Positions 1 to 7,865 of a stretch of DNA of 20,000 nucleotides are shown here, one piece after another. Position numbers and translations under genes: made by a program. Position 1 is the first letter of the stretch. Each line of letters starts with the position of its first letter. The DNA is from an uncultured virus (IMG/VR IMGVR_UViG_2821929668_000003). Lineage: Duplodnaviria > Heunggongvirae > Uroviricota > Caudoviricetes. The stretch spans positions 51,052-71,051 of the IMG/VR virus record IMGVR_UViG_2821929668_000003; one strand, given 5' to 3'. The notes beneath the pieces are model-generated. The model was not told where the DNA came from, searched no databases, and worked only from the letters and a program-made list of their open reading frames with translations.

Positions 1-373
1 TATACAATATTTCATAGACAATGGCAGATTCACGATTTTTAGCATAGGATGAACCCTTCTCCTTTTCAATCATCTTATATAACAATTCCAATTCTCCACA
101 ATAAGAAGTGTATTCTAAAGTCTCTCTAAAGCTTCCATAATCCTTTTCAGAATTCAAATTTATATACTCCATTATCATCTTTCTTCTAAGATCATGATTA
201 TCATTATATGCACACATAAGTGCGCCAGAAAATTGATAAAATTTCATATCCCTTTTACCGCTAAAAGTCTCTGATATTGTACTTTTGCCAACTTGTAATT
301 GTTTGGCTAATTCCCCATCAGTTATACCTATTGCAAATAAATCATCATGAAGCTTATTTAATAATCTTTTCAC
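1..373 (-). CDS. aimR: AimR-family arbitrium (lysis-lysogeny) peptide receptor, 5' part; runs off the window edge
   Basis: Not in the ORF track; translated by hand. AAGGAGG RBS, then GTG at 373, open to position 1: MKRLLNKLHDDLFAIGITDGELAKQLQVGKSTISETFSGKRDMKF...FRETLEYTSYCGELELLYKMIEKEKGSSYAKNRESAIVYEILY. N-terminal HTH followed by the R-x-x-LEY and S...NRE-x-A-x-VY helices typical of AimR. Confidence 0.75.
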   Translation of the reverse strand, partial: MKRLLNKLHDDLFAIGITDGELAKQLQVGKSTISETFSGKRDMKFYQFSGALMCAYNDNHDLRRKMIMEYINLNSEKDYGSFRETLEYTSYCGELELLYKMIEKEKGSSYAKNRESAIVYEILY

Positions 374-475
374 TGTGTTGCTCCTCCTTGCTGGAACAAA
401 AGACACGTTATACCCAATTCGTTACGTTTAAGGAAAACGCGTCACTACATTCAAAAGATGTGTTATAATTTATGT

Positions 476-566
476 AAGACTTGCAGTAAGTGTTTTCCCT
501 AGCTGGCTTAGGGAAAACGGTTTAAGAGTGTTAGCGCACTACTTATACACGCTGTGAGTCTTTTTT
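476..566 (+). ncRNA. Putative ~90-nt structured small RNA, divergent from aimR
   Basis: Extended -10 TGTTATAAT at 461-469. Closing stem 476-487/551-562 (12 bp, 3 G-U), hairpin 492-518 (GTTTTCCCTAG/TTAGGGAAAAC), hairpin 523-545, T-run at 561-566. Confidence 0.5.
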
Positions 567-650
567 ACGTCCGTATATTTTATTATTTTCATAATATCAT
601 ATTTTTCCTAAAATTCAGTCGTGTGGTTATCAGAAAAATGTTGAGAAAGT

Positions 651-1337
651 TTGAAAATAGCTGTATATCAATGCTTACGGATAAGGATACGCAATAGTGC
701 ATCTTTCTGTATGAAATACCCAGGTGTATATGTTGATGATAAAGGGAATTTCTTTTATCAATCAGAAGTTGGTATTGATCGGATTACAGGAAAACGAATA
801 CGAAAAAAAGGAAGAGAAGACGTTAATGGAAAGCCCTTTTCTTCCGCATTCGAAGCTAACAAAGAGTTAATTCGATTAAAAAGAGAGTATCATAAAGTTA
901 ACAGTTACGCTAATTATAAAATGACTTACGAGCAATTTATGAATAATGTGTATATACCTTACTATCAAACAGAAGTTGAAGAAAGTGACTTTGTGTTTAG
1001 CTACAATGGGCTACCAATGATTAAATCAACGATAGGTCGAATTATTGAACGATATTCCAAACTTGCAGGAGTGAAGAAGATACAAGCGAAGGGATTGCGT
1101 CATTCTCATGCTTCATTTCTTATCAATGAATTCAAAGTATCGGTGCTCGTTTTATCTCAACGTATGGGACATTCAAGTCCAGAGATTACTTTAAAACACT
1201 ATGCTCATATGTGGAGCGGTGCTGATACTGTAATAGCTGATGCAATGACTGGAAATATTGAAATCAAAACGGCTGAACGGACACAAATTAAATTTAATGG
1301 TAATCAAGCATTAAAGAAAAGTAATGTAAGAGGGTAA
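651..1337 (+). pseudogene. Tyrosine recombinase/integrase with in-frame internal deletion
   Basis: The N-terminal arm-binding-like segment (from ATG 711, MKYPGVY...GKRIRKKGR) is joined at ~985 directly to the C-terminal catalytic segment (DFVFS...KGLRHSHASFL...RMGHSSPEITLKHYAH). The core-binding domain and the first catalytic Arg box are absent. Confidence 0.8.
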
Positions 1338-1492
1338 ATTTCTTTAGAGGGAAAAAACGTTAGGGTGCGGAGATTGCTCGGAATGTTCAAGTAGTTGGAG
1401 CGAAGACAAAATAGAAAGTCTTCATTCAACTTAATGATAAATTTAATATTAGTTTCAGTGAACTGTATCATCAGTAAGGGTTATAAAAAATT

Positions 1493-1536
1493 ATAAAATA
1501 CACATTAATTATTGTTATAATTAATGTGTATTTTAT
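1493..1536 (+). promoter_or_regulatory. Perfect 20-bp inverted repeat overlapping the extended -10 of the RT gene
   Basis: ATAAAATACACATTAATTAT-tgtt-ATAATTAATGTGTATTTTAT. TGTTATAAT at 1513-1521, GGAGG RBS at 1546-1550, ATG at 1557. Confidence 0.7.
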
Positions 1537-1556
1537 TTTGGTAATGGAGGTATAAA

Positions 1557-3467
1557 ATGGATGTAAGGGATCTTTTAATATTAAATGGATTTATTCCAAA
1601 AGAATTACCCTGTGAGTTTGTTGCGAAAAATTTACATAAAATTGACTTGGGTGTTTTAGGTTCAGGAGAGCTAAAAAAATGGTCCAAACTTATAGAGTTT
1701 AGTATTCCTAAGAATGATAGTTTCAGAAGAGTTTGTTCAATTGTTCATCCACTACACTTTGTTCAATTAGCAAATGAAATTAAGAATGAATGGTCAAATT
1801 TAGAGACTTATTTTCGAAATTCAAATGTATCTCTTACAACTCCAATTATAGAGGAAAATGGTATTGTTTCAAAATATAGTATGTCAGAAACAACACAAAT
1901 AAGGATTTCTAATTTAAGTTCTAAAAAATATATTTTAAAGGTTGATATTAACAGATATTATCCAAGTATTTATACTCATTCTATACCTTGGGCATTACAC
2001 GGGAAAAAAATTGCTAAAGATAAAATGAAAGATCATAGTTTACTTGGAAATAAGTTAGATACATTAATTCGTAATATGCAAGATGGACAAACTATTGGTA
2101 TTCCAATTGGTCCGCAAAGTTCATTCATTATTCAAGAAATAATTGGTACAGCTATTGATATGCAATTTAAAAATGCAATGGGTAAAGAAGTTAAGGGTTA
2201 TAGATATACAGATGATATGGAATACTACTTTGATTCTCATGAGGAAGCAAATCATGCTTTAACTGTCATGAACCAAGTATTAAAAAATTATGAGTTAGAC
2301 TTAAATGTTGAAAAGACAAAAATAATCAAACTTCCTCAACTTATTGAACCTGATTGGCTATTTTATTTTAAGAAGTTTAAATTTAGGAAATCCAACAAAC
2401 CAGAAGAACATATAAAATTACAGTTAGTTGACCTTAAAGAATATTTTAATAAGATTTTTTATTATAAAGATTTAACTAATGACGTAGGTATTTCTAATTT
2501 TGCACTAAAGTGTTTAGGGAAAGTAGTTATCCAAAAAGAAAATTGGGGGCTATTTGAATCTTTGCTATTACAAACAATACTAATTGATTCTAGAGCAATT
2601 CCAAAAGTATTTGAAATAATGGAAGCTTATAAATATAGAGGTTATCCATTAAATTTAGATAAAATTAGCGAATCTGTAAATTCAATTATAAAAGAGCACA
2701 TTCAACTTAGAGGTGACTATGAGGTTATTTGGGCATTAAGTTTAGCAAATAAATTTAAATTAAATATTACAGAGGATGTTACTTCCCTTTTATTAAATAA
2801 TAATAATGCTCTTATAAACATATTGGTAATGGTTTTAAAGGATAAGGGTCAGTTATTAGGAAATAAAGATTTTTCATTTTATGAAGAAATATTGAGTGAT
2901 AATGATTTGTATGGTAAATCATGGATGTTTCTATATGAATGTTGTAAAAATGGTTGGTTAAATAAAGATAGTAAGATATTAAAAAGGGATAAATTTTTTA
3001 ATATCTTACTAAAGAATCATGTTTCCTTTATAGATTCTAATTATTCAGTAGTTAAGTCTAATATTAATATACAAATTGTTAATTTGTGCATGGAAAATAT
3101 TAGTGGTTTAGAAATTAACAAAGTTTATAAAAATATTCTAGATAAGTATTCTTATAATTTAGAAGAAGAACATGAGCAAGAATTATTTAAAGAACTTATT
3201 GACCTATTAAAACTAAAAATTAGTGAACAAAATTTATTTGATGCGAATTTAATTAGAAATCCAGAAGAAGCTGAGGTAGTAGAAGAAACTGAGGAGTCAG
3301 AAGAAGCCGAAGTGTTAGAAGAAACTGCGGCATCANNGGCATCAGAAGAAGTCGAAGAGTCAAAAAGAACAAAGGAAGCTTATAATTGGTTAAATAGCTT
3401 TTTTGCTACTGATATTCGAAATTCAAATGATATTGACTTGGAAGAAACGGATATAGATTATTTTTAA
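1557..3467 (+). CDS. Defence-type reverse transcriptase (AbiK/Abi-P2/DRT4-like) with helical C-terminal domain and acidic tail
   Basis: Motifs FSIPKNDSFRR, KVDINRYYPSIYTHSIPWALHGK, GIPIGPQSSFIIQEII, YRYTDD and LNVEKTKI. YTHSIPW is characteristic of AbiK-class RTs. No group II intron or retron features seen. Two N bases at 3336-3337. Confidence 0.88.
   Translation: MDVRDLLILNGFIPKELPCEFVAKNLHKIDLGVLGSGELKKWSKLIEFSIPKNDSFRRVCSIVHPLHFVQLANEIKNEWSNLETYFRNSNVSLTTPIIEENGIVSKYSMSETTQIRISNLSSKKYILKVDINRYYPSIYTHSIPWALHGKKIAKDKMKDHSLLGNKLDTLIRNMQDGQTIGIPIGPQSSFIIQEIIGTAIDMQFKNAMGKEVKGYRYTDDMEYYFDSHEEANHALTVMNQVLKNYELDLNVEKTKIIKLPQLIEPDWLFYFKKFKFRKSNKPEEHIKLQLVDLKEYFNKIFYYKDLTNDVGISNFALKCLGKVVIQKENWGLFESLLLQTILIDSRAIPKVFEIMEAYKYRGYPLNLDKISESVNSIIKEHIQLRGDYEVIWALSLANKFKLNITEDVTSLLLNNNNALINILVMVLKDKGQLLGNKDFSFYEEILSDNDLYGKSWMFLYECCKNGWLNKDSKILKRDKFFNILLKNHVSFIDSNYSVVKSNINIQIVNLCMENISGLEINKVYKNILDKYSYNLEEEHEQELFKELIDLLKLKISEQNLFDANLIRNPEEAEVVEETEESEEAEVLEETAASXASEEVEESKRTKEAYNWLNSFFATDIRNSNDIDLEETDIDYF
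3262..3360 (+). repeat. 36-bp tandem repeat (~2.5 units) encoding the acidic RT tail
   Basis: CAGAAGAAGCTGAGGTAGTAGAAGAAACTGAGGAGT (3262-3297), CAGAAGAAGCCGAAGTGTTAGAAGAAACTGCGGCAT (3298-3333), partial unit at 3343-3360. Confidence 0.85.
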
Positions 3468-3647
3468 CTTGAAACCACATTTAGTTACATAATGATGAAC
3501 CGTACCATAAGTGGAGGTTTAGCTTGCTAAATGCTCGGTAATTGTATTTCCCACCAAACACACCACCAAAATAATGAAAATTTTTAAAAAGTGCTGTCAT
3601 TTAAAGAAACAGGAACAACCGTCTATTATTGAGTGGGAATAATAAAT

Positions 3648-3694
3648 AAAAGCTTAGGAATGCCTATTTATATAGGTTTTTCTAAGCTTTTTTA
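3648..3694 (+). terminator. Long hairpin/terminator downstream of the RT
   Basis: AAAAGCTTAG...CCTAT-ttat-ATAGG...CTAAGCTTTT followed by T residues. Confidence 0.6.
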
Positions 3695-3747
3695 TTAAGT
3701 GATACCAGATTTGATACCAATATAGATTTTTTTTGTAGTAATGTATT

Positions 3748-3811
3748 CAATACATATTATTAAAATTAAAGTGGTTCAAGTCGGAGGAATGCACCTTAGG
3801 GTGTCTTTTTT
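3748..3811 (+). repeat. Intergenic repeat copy 1 (5'-truncated)
   Basis: CAATACATATTATTAAAATTAAAGTGGTTCAAGTCGGAGGAATGCACCTTAGGGTGTCTTTTTT; one mismatch against copy 2. Confidence 0.95.
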
Positions 3812-3818
3812 ATTACCG

Positions 3819-3863
3819 TTCGACATAATATGACAGAATAGTTGTAATTAGATTTGTTATGCT
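3819..3863 (+). promoter_or_regulatory. Tandem Spo0A-box promoter module, copy A
   Basis: TTCGACA-taa-TATGACA, 22 bp, then TATGCT preceded by TG. TTCGACA is the reverse complement of the consensus 0A box TGNCGAA. Confidence 0.65.
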
Positions 3864-3898
3864 TTTAATATACATTACGTTTAAAAAGGGGAATATTT

Positions 3899-4651
3899 AT
3901 GTTTGGAACTATCATTCAAGACGCCTATACAAAAGATGAAACTGAACAAATGGCTGATGCATTAGAAGATATTTGCAATTCTCACCATGAATATGGTTGG
4001 TCTTCAGCTGGAATCTATTGTTTTTGGAACTATACAACAAAAGAAGTACTTTATATAGGACTAGCCGTAGACTTACTAACAAGATTCAAACAGCATAACG
4101 GTATTATTCAAACAGATCCTGCAAGTTGTAAATATGAAAAAATCCAAGAACATTTTGAAACAAACGATAAAATCGGTTATTCTGTCTTTCTTCAATCAAC
4201 GCATTTTCAACCTGTTCACAGAGGAAATAGAAATGAGTGGATAGGATTCGAACCAACTCAATTTTCATATACTCAAGATGCCTTAGCAGATATGAGACTC
4301 ACAGAAGGAATACTAATTCAGACTTATAGATTACATCATGAAAGTTTACCACCTTGGAATCGTATTGGCGGAGAAAGGGCAGGACAAGATGTAGCTATAC
4401 CAGGAAATTATATATTTGTCCAAAGTTTAACACATCAAAACATTAGCCCATTCATAGCCAAACATACAATACGTGAAATCTCTTCTGATCCTACATATCT
4501 TTTTTACGAAGAAGAGTTACACTCAGTTAGAATGTTGATGGGTCTAGGAAGTAATTTTGACGACGCCCTAGAAACCTACAGAGTAAATAATGAACCTAAT
4601 TATAATCGAATTATTGGAGATAATTATTTAAATCACCAACTTAATTTTTAA
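3899..4651 (+). CDS. GIY-YIG nuclease family protein
   Basis: AGIYCFW-x7-LYIGLAVDLLTRFKQH motif, downstream conserved Glu (TEGILI) and PPWN; AAGGGGA RBS. Confidence 0.8.
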   Translation: MFGTIIQDAYTKDETEQMADALEDICNSHHEYGWSSAGIYCFWNYTTKEVLYIGLAVDLLTRFKQHNGIIQTDPASCKYEKIQEHFETNDKIGYSVFLQSTHFQPVHRGNRNEWIGFEPTQFSYTQDALADMRLTEGILIQTYRLHHESLPPWNRIGGERAGQDVAIPGNYIFVQSLTHQNISPFIAKHTIREISSDPTYLFYEEELHSVRMLMGLGSNFDDALETYRVNNEPNYNRIIGDNYLNHQLNF

Positions 4652-4724
4652 TATGTATAAAACTTATAGATATGAGGCACTCTTGATTATATATAAGATT
4701 GCAAAAGATGTGGAGGGGAATTTA

Positions 4725-4985
4725 ATGATAAATAAACTAATGGAAATAGACGAAAATTTAAAAAGGTTTCTTTATGAAAAATTGCATGATGAAGAAATCA
4801 CTTCTAAGGAGAAAATTCTTATTGATGGCTACACAGAAGGATTTGACGAGTTAACAATACTAAATGCACTACAAATATGTTTAGAAAATAAATTAATAGA
4901 CATGCCAGCTATGCCTTTAAATATTGGAAATTCTCAAAAAGACTTTTTTATAAATAAACCACAATTATATATATTAAAATCATAA
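4725..4985 (+). CDS. Hypothetical protein
   Basis: ORF 4653-4985. GGAGGGG at 4712-4718 favours the ATG at 4725. Confidence 0.55.
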   Translation: MINKLMEIDENLKRFLYEKLHDEEITSKEKILIDGYTEGFDELTILNALQICLENKLIDMPAMPLNIGNSQKDFFINKPQLYILKS

Positions 4986-5191
4986 ACACCTAACCACTTA
5001 AAACGTTTTAATATTCATCCTCAAATTCATATTATTATGAGAGTAATGATTATGGTAATTAGTGGTTATTATAGAGGGCCAACGCTCTCTTTTTTTATTT
5101 TTATTAGACATAATATACAAATATAATTATGTTTATTTTAATAAGATTGTCCAGAAATATTACATTATATATATCTTGGAGGAATTAAATT

Positions 5192-5755
5192 ATGAGCAAA
5201 AAATTATTAATGGCTTTAGTATGCAGCTTGTTACTTATGGGATTGGCTGCTTGTGGTTCAAATGAGAAAGCAAGTACATCGGAAGAACCAAAACAAGAAA
5301 CTAAAGAAGAAGAGGAACAAAAGAAGCTAGATGAGCAAAAACAGGAAGAGGAACAAAGGAAAATAGAAGAACAGAAAAAAGCCGAAGAACAAAAACAAGC
5401 TGAGGAACAAAAGAAGTTAGAAGAACAGAAAAAGGCCGAAGAGCAAAAGCGATTAGATGAACAACGCAAACAAGAAGAGGCTCAAAGACAACAGGAAGAA
5501 CAAAAGAAACAACAAGAAGCTGCTCGAGCAAAAGAACAGGAGCAACAAAAAGCTACCGCTAATACAGCACCTCAGCAACAAGCTGCACCTAAACAAGAGA
5601 AAGTTCACTTTGCAAACTGTACAGATGCAAATAATGCCGGTTACTATGATATAACTCCAGATAGCCCAGCTTATGCTTCACATTTAGATCGTGATGGCGA
5701 TGGCGTGGCTTGTGAACGAAATAAAGGACATAAAAAATCTAGTAAAAAACATTAG
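5192..5755 (+). CDS. Lipoprotein with EEQKK coiled-coil repeats and C-terminal Excalibur calcium-binding domain
   Basis: Lipobox LAAC; FANCTDANNAG...YASHLDRDGDGVACE Excalibur signature; GGAGG RBS. Confidence 0.9.
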   Translation: MSKKLLMALVCSLLLMGLAACGSNEKASTSEEPKQETKEEEEQKKLDEQKQEEEQRKIEEQKKAEEQKQAEEQKKLEEQKKAEEQKRLDEQRKQEEAQRQQEEQKKQQEAARAKEQEQQKATANTAPQQQAAPKQEKVHFANCTDANNAGYYDITPDSPAYASHLDRDGDGVACERNKGHKKSSKKH

Positions 5756-5765
5756 ATTGAAGGAT

Positions 5766-5789
5766 AAGCACTCTTATGAGTGCTTTTTT
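5766..5789 (+). terminator. Rho-independent terminator
   Basis: AAGCACTC-ttat-GAGTGCTT followed by a T-run. Confidence 0.85.
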
Positions 5790-5796
5790 ATTTAAG

Positions 5797-5841
5797 TTCG
5801 ACAAAATATGACAAAGTAGTTGTAACTAAATTTGTTATGCT
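5797..5841 (+). promoter_or_regulatory. Tandem Spo0A-box promoter module, copy B
   Basis: TTCGACA-aaa-TATGACA, 22 bp, TATGCT. The downstream leader TCTTACATTTTAAAAGGGGA resembles those of copies A and C. Confidence 0.65.
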
Positions 5842-5876
5842 TACTTTAAATCTTACATTTTAAAAGGGGATATTAT

Positions 5877-6359
5877 ATGGCTACTCCAAAATACACTAAA
5901 ATTGATGAACGCTTTGGCGTTATTGAATACCCGGTTACACTTAATGAAATGGTTGAAATATCAAAAGGATTCCCAAAAACGGAACGTACATATTATCAGT
6001 ATGCCTTCGCTGCTTTAAAGAAGGTAATGAAGGCTAAAGAAAACATTCATTACTTTGAAGTTGCTGATCCTAAGCTAACAAAAACAGGATTTATCGTAGT
6101 TGGTGAACACAACTTATACCTGGTAATGATGAAAGGCGGCTTATTTGGTGGCGCTGAAGCTGAAGTAGTGAAGTATAAAGATATTAAAGAGGTCGATTTC
6201 GATATCATCGAGGGAATGTTTGGAATCTCTCTTATGAATACAGGTATTATTTATCTTGAAATGAAGAAAATGTTCGGGACAAAGAAACGTACAATCCGCA
6301 ATATTCCTGATTACAATGTCGATGGGGTATTAAAAGCAATTCGTAATAAGTTGAAATAA
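5877..6359 (+). CDS. Bacterial PH-domain-like protein
   Basis: GFIVVGEHNLYLV...VKYKDIKEVDF...GIIYL pattern typical of bPH folds; RBS present. Confidence 0.6.
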   Translation: MATPKYTKIDERFGVIEYPVTLNEMVEISKGFPKTERTYYQYAFAALKKVMKAKENIHYFEVADPKLTKTGFIVVGEHNLYLVMMKGGLFGGAEAEVVKYKDIKEVDFDIIEGMFGISLMNTGIIYLEMKKMFGTKKRTIRNIPDYNVDGVLKAIRNKLK

Positions 6360-6383
6360 CTAATACATACTGGAGGTAACGAT

Positions 6384-6848
6384 ATGAAGCGGAAATTACT
6401 TACAGCATTAACGTGTAGCGCATTACTTATGGGATTAGCTGCTTGTGGTTCAAATGAGAAGTCTGCAACTGAATCTAAGCCTAAACAAGAAGCTAAGAAG
6501 CCAGAACCGGTTACTACAACTTCACTTATTAGCGAATTCAAGAAAGCTGGATTAGAAGCTGAGAATCCTACGGACTTAGAACAAAAAGAATTTGGAAACA
6601 TGCGTAAAGACGGGAAACGCATCCTTGCACCGAAATTAGGTGAGGATAAAGGCGGTCGTGTGTTTGAGTTTAGTAAGAAAGAAGATTTAGAGAAAGCTAA
6701 GAAGTACTACGATGATTTAAGCAACTCTGCTCCAATGCTGTTCTCACATACATATGCTAAGGGAAATTTCCTTTTACAGATGAATGGCGATATGAAAGAT
6801 GAAGAGTTTAATAAATATAAAGAAGTAATGGATAAAGTAGCTAAATAA
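6384..6848 (+). CDS. Lipoprotein of unknown function
   Basis: Signal peptide with lipobox LAAC; GGAGG RBS. Confidence 0.85.
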   Translation: MKRKLLTALTCSALLMGLAACGSNEKSATESKPKQEAKKPEPVTTTSLISEFKKAGLEAENPTDLEQKEFGNMRKDGKRILAPKLGEDKGGRVFEFSKKEDLEKAKKYYDDLSNSAPMLFSHTYAKGNFLLQMNGDMKDEEFNKYKEVMDKVAK

Positions 6849-6866
6849 AACAGAATAGGAGACTAT

Positions 6867-7631
6867 ATGGAAACAAATTTAGAATCTTTAAATCGAAGCC
6901 TTAAATTTGGTGAGGACCTTATTGAAAAGTTAAAACAGAAAAGCAATCTAAAATTAGAAGAAAAAATTGTCATTACATTATACAATAAACTAATGGAACA
7001 AGTGGATGGATCCTTTATTTTAATTGATTATAAATCAGATGGTCCTGCAAAGGTTATGTTACGTGCTGGATTTGAAACATATATATCAATGGATTACATT
7101 CTTAAAGATCCTTTATTATTACAACAAAGGGCCTTTTCTTACTATATAAGTTTTATAAAAGATCAGTTGAAAAAAGTAGAGGAAAACGGAACTGAAGAAC
7201 AAATTTTAATCACTAATCAAGCATTTTCGGAAGTATTAGCTTCCCCTTCCTTTCAGGATATATTAAGTGAATGGGCACAAAAAAAAGGTGGATCATTATA
7301 TAATCCAAAGTGGTATTCATTATTTAACGGTCCATCAAATATTAAACAACTTACAGATCTTATGGGAGATAGTAATTCTGGTATATATAAATATTATGGT
7401 TTATTATCCCAGGAAGCTCATGGATATCAAGCGTTAAATAGTGCAAATTATGTAGATTTCATTACTGATTTCCTCACACTTGAACCGATAAGAAAAGAAG
7501 AACTTGATGACGTTGATATACAAGTGGCAAAAGCATTATGTACTGGAGGGACAGGGATGATTATTATGAAACTTTTCCCTGAATTTCGCGCGGATTTCGG
7601 CTTGTTATTAAATGAAATGGGATTAATATGA
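6867..7631 (+). CDS. DUF5677-like protein
   Basis: LRAGFETYI, KWYSLFNGPSNIKQL and YGLLSQEAHG motifs; AGGAG RBS. Confidence 0.6.
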   Translation: METNLESLNRSLKFGEDLIEKLKQKSNLKLEEKIVITLYNKLMEQVDGSFILIDYKSDGPAKVMLRAGFETYISMDYILKDPLLLQQRAFSYYISFIKDQLKKVEENGTEEQILITNQAFSEVLASPSFQDILSEWAQKKGGSLYNPKWYSLFNGPSNIKQLTDLMGDSNSGIYKYYGLLSQEAHGYQALNSANYVDFITDFLTLEPIRKEELDDVDIQVAKALCTGGTGMIIMKLFPEFRADFGLLLNEMGLI

Positions 7632-7656
7632 AAAAATATAAGGTTGAACCTTGTTT

Positions 7657-7773
7657 CTCAAAAGTAAATGAAGATAAACATGGTAAAATAATATTTGGAT
7701 GGGAGTCCAATACATATTATTAAAATTAAAGTGGTTCAAGTCGGAGGAAGGCACCTTAGGGTGTCTTTTTTTT
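7657..7773 (+). repeat. Intergenic repeat copy 2 (full length)
   Basis: CTCAA-N19-TGGTAAAATAATATTTGGATGGGAGTCCAATACATATTATTAAAATTAAAGTGGTTCAAGTCGGAGGAAGGCACCTTAGGGTGTC followed by a T-run. Confidence 0.95.
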
Positions 7774-7776
7774 CAT

Positions 7777-7821
7777 TTCGACATAATATGACAAAACAGT
7801 TGTGATTATATTTGTTATGAT
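7777..7821 (+). promoter_or_regulatory. Tandem Spo0A-box promoter module, copy C
   Basis: TTCGACA-taa-TATGACA, 22 bp, TATGAT. Confidence 0.65.
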
Positions 7822-7865
7822 AGTTCAGGTAAATCTTACATTTTAAACGCTGGGGGATACATACT

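Noticed and set aside
277..468. 63-aa + strand ORF
   Set aside because: Antisense to the aimR-like gene and its leader; no RBS.
1338..1556. Retron msr-msd or group II intron RNA next to the RT
   Set aside because: No a1/a2 repeats, no VTG motif and no intron domain V; the RT motifs are Abi-class.
3482..3512. Third dif-like site on the - strand (TAGTTACATAA)
   Set aside because: Only the XerD-like arm matches; there is no acceptable second arm at a 6-8 bp spacing.
3752..3835. CATATTAT...ATAATATG inverted pair as an attC-like hairpin
   Set aside because: Short and AT-rich, explained by the promoter module, and absent from copies 4-6; no integron integrase seen.
5253..5261. GTGGTTCAA shared between the lipobox-coding DNA and the repeat core
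   Set aside because: A 9-bp same-strand match in AT-rich DNA; not antisense and likely chance.
7731..7755. GTGGTTCAAGTC...GGCACC in the repeat as a tRNA T-arm/3' end
   Set aside because: The T-stem does not pair and GGCACC belongs to the terminator stem; resemblance only.
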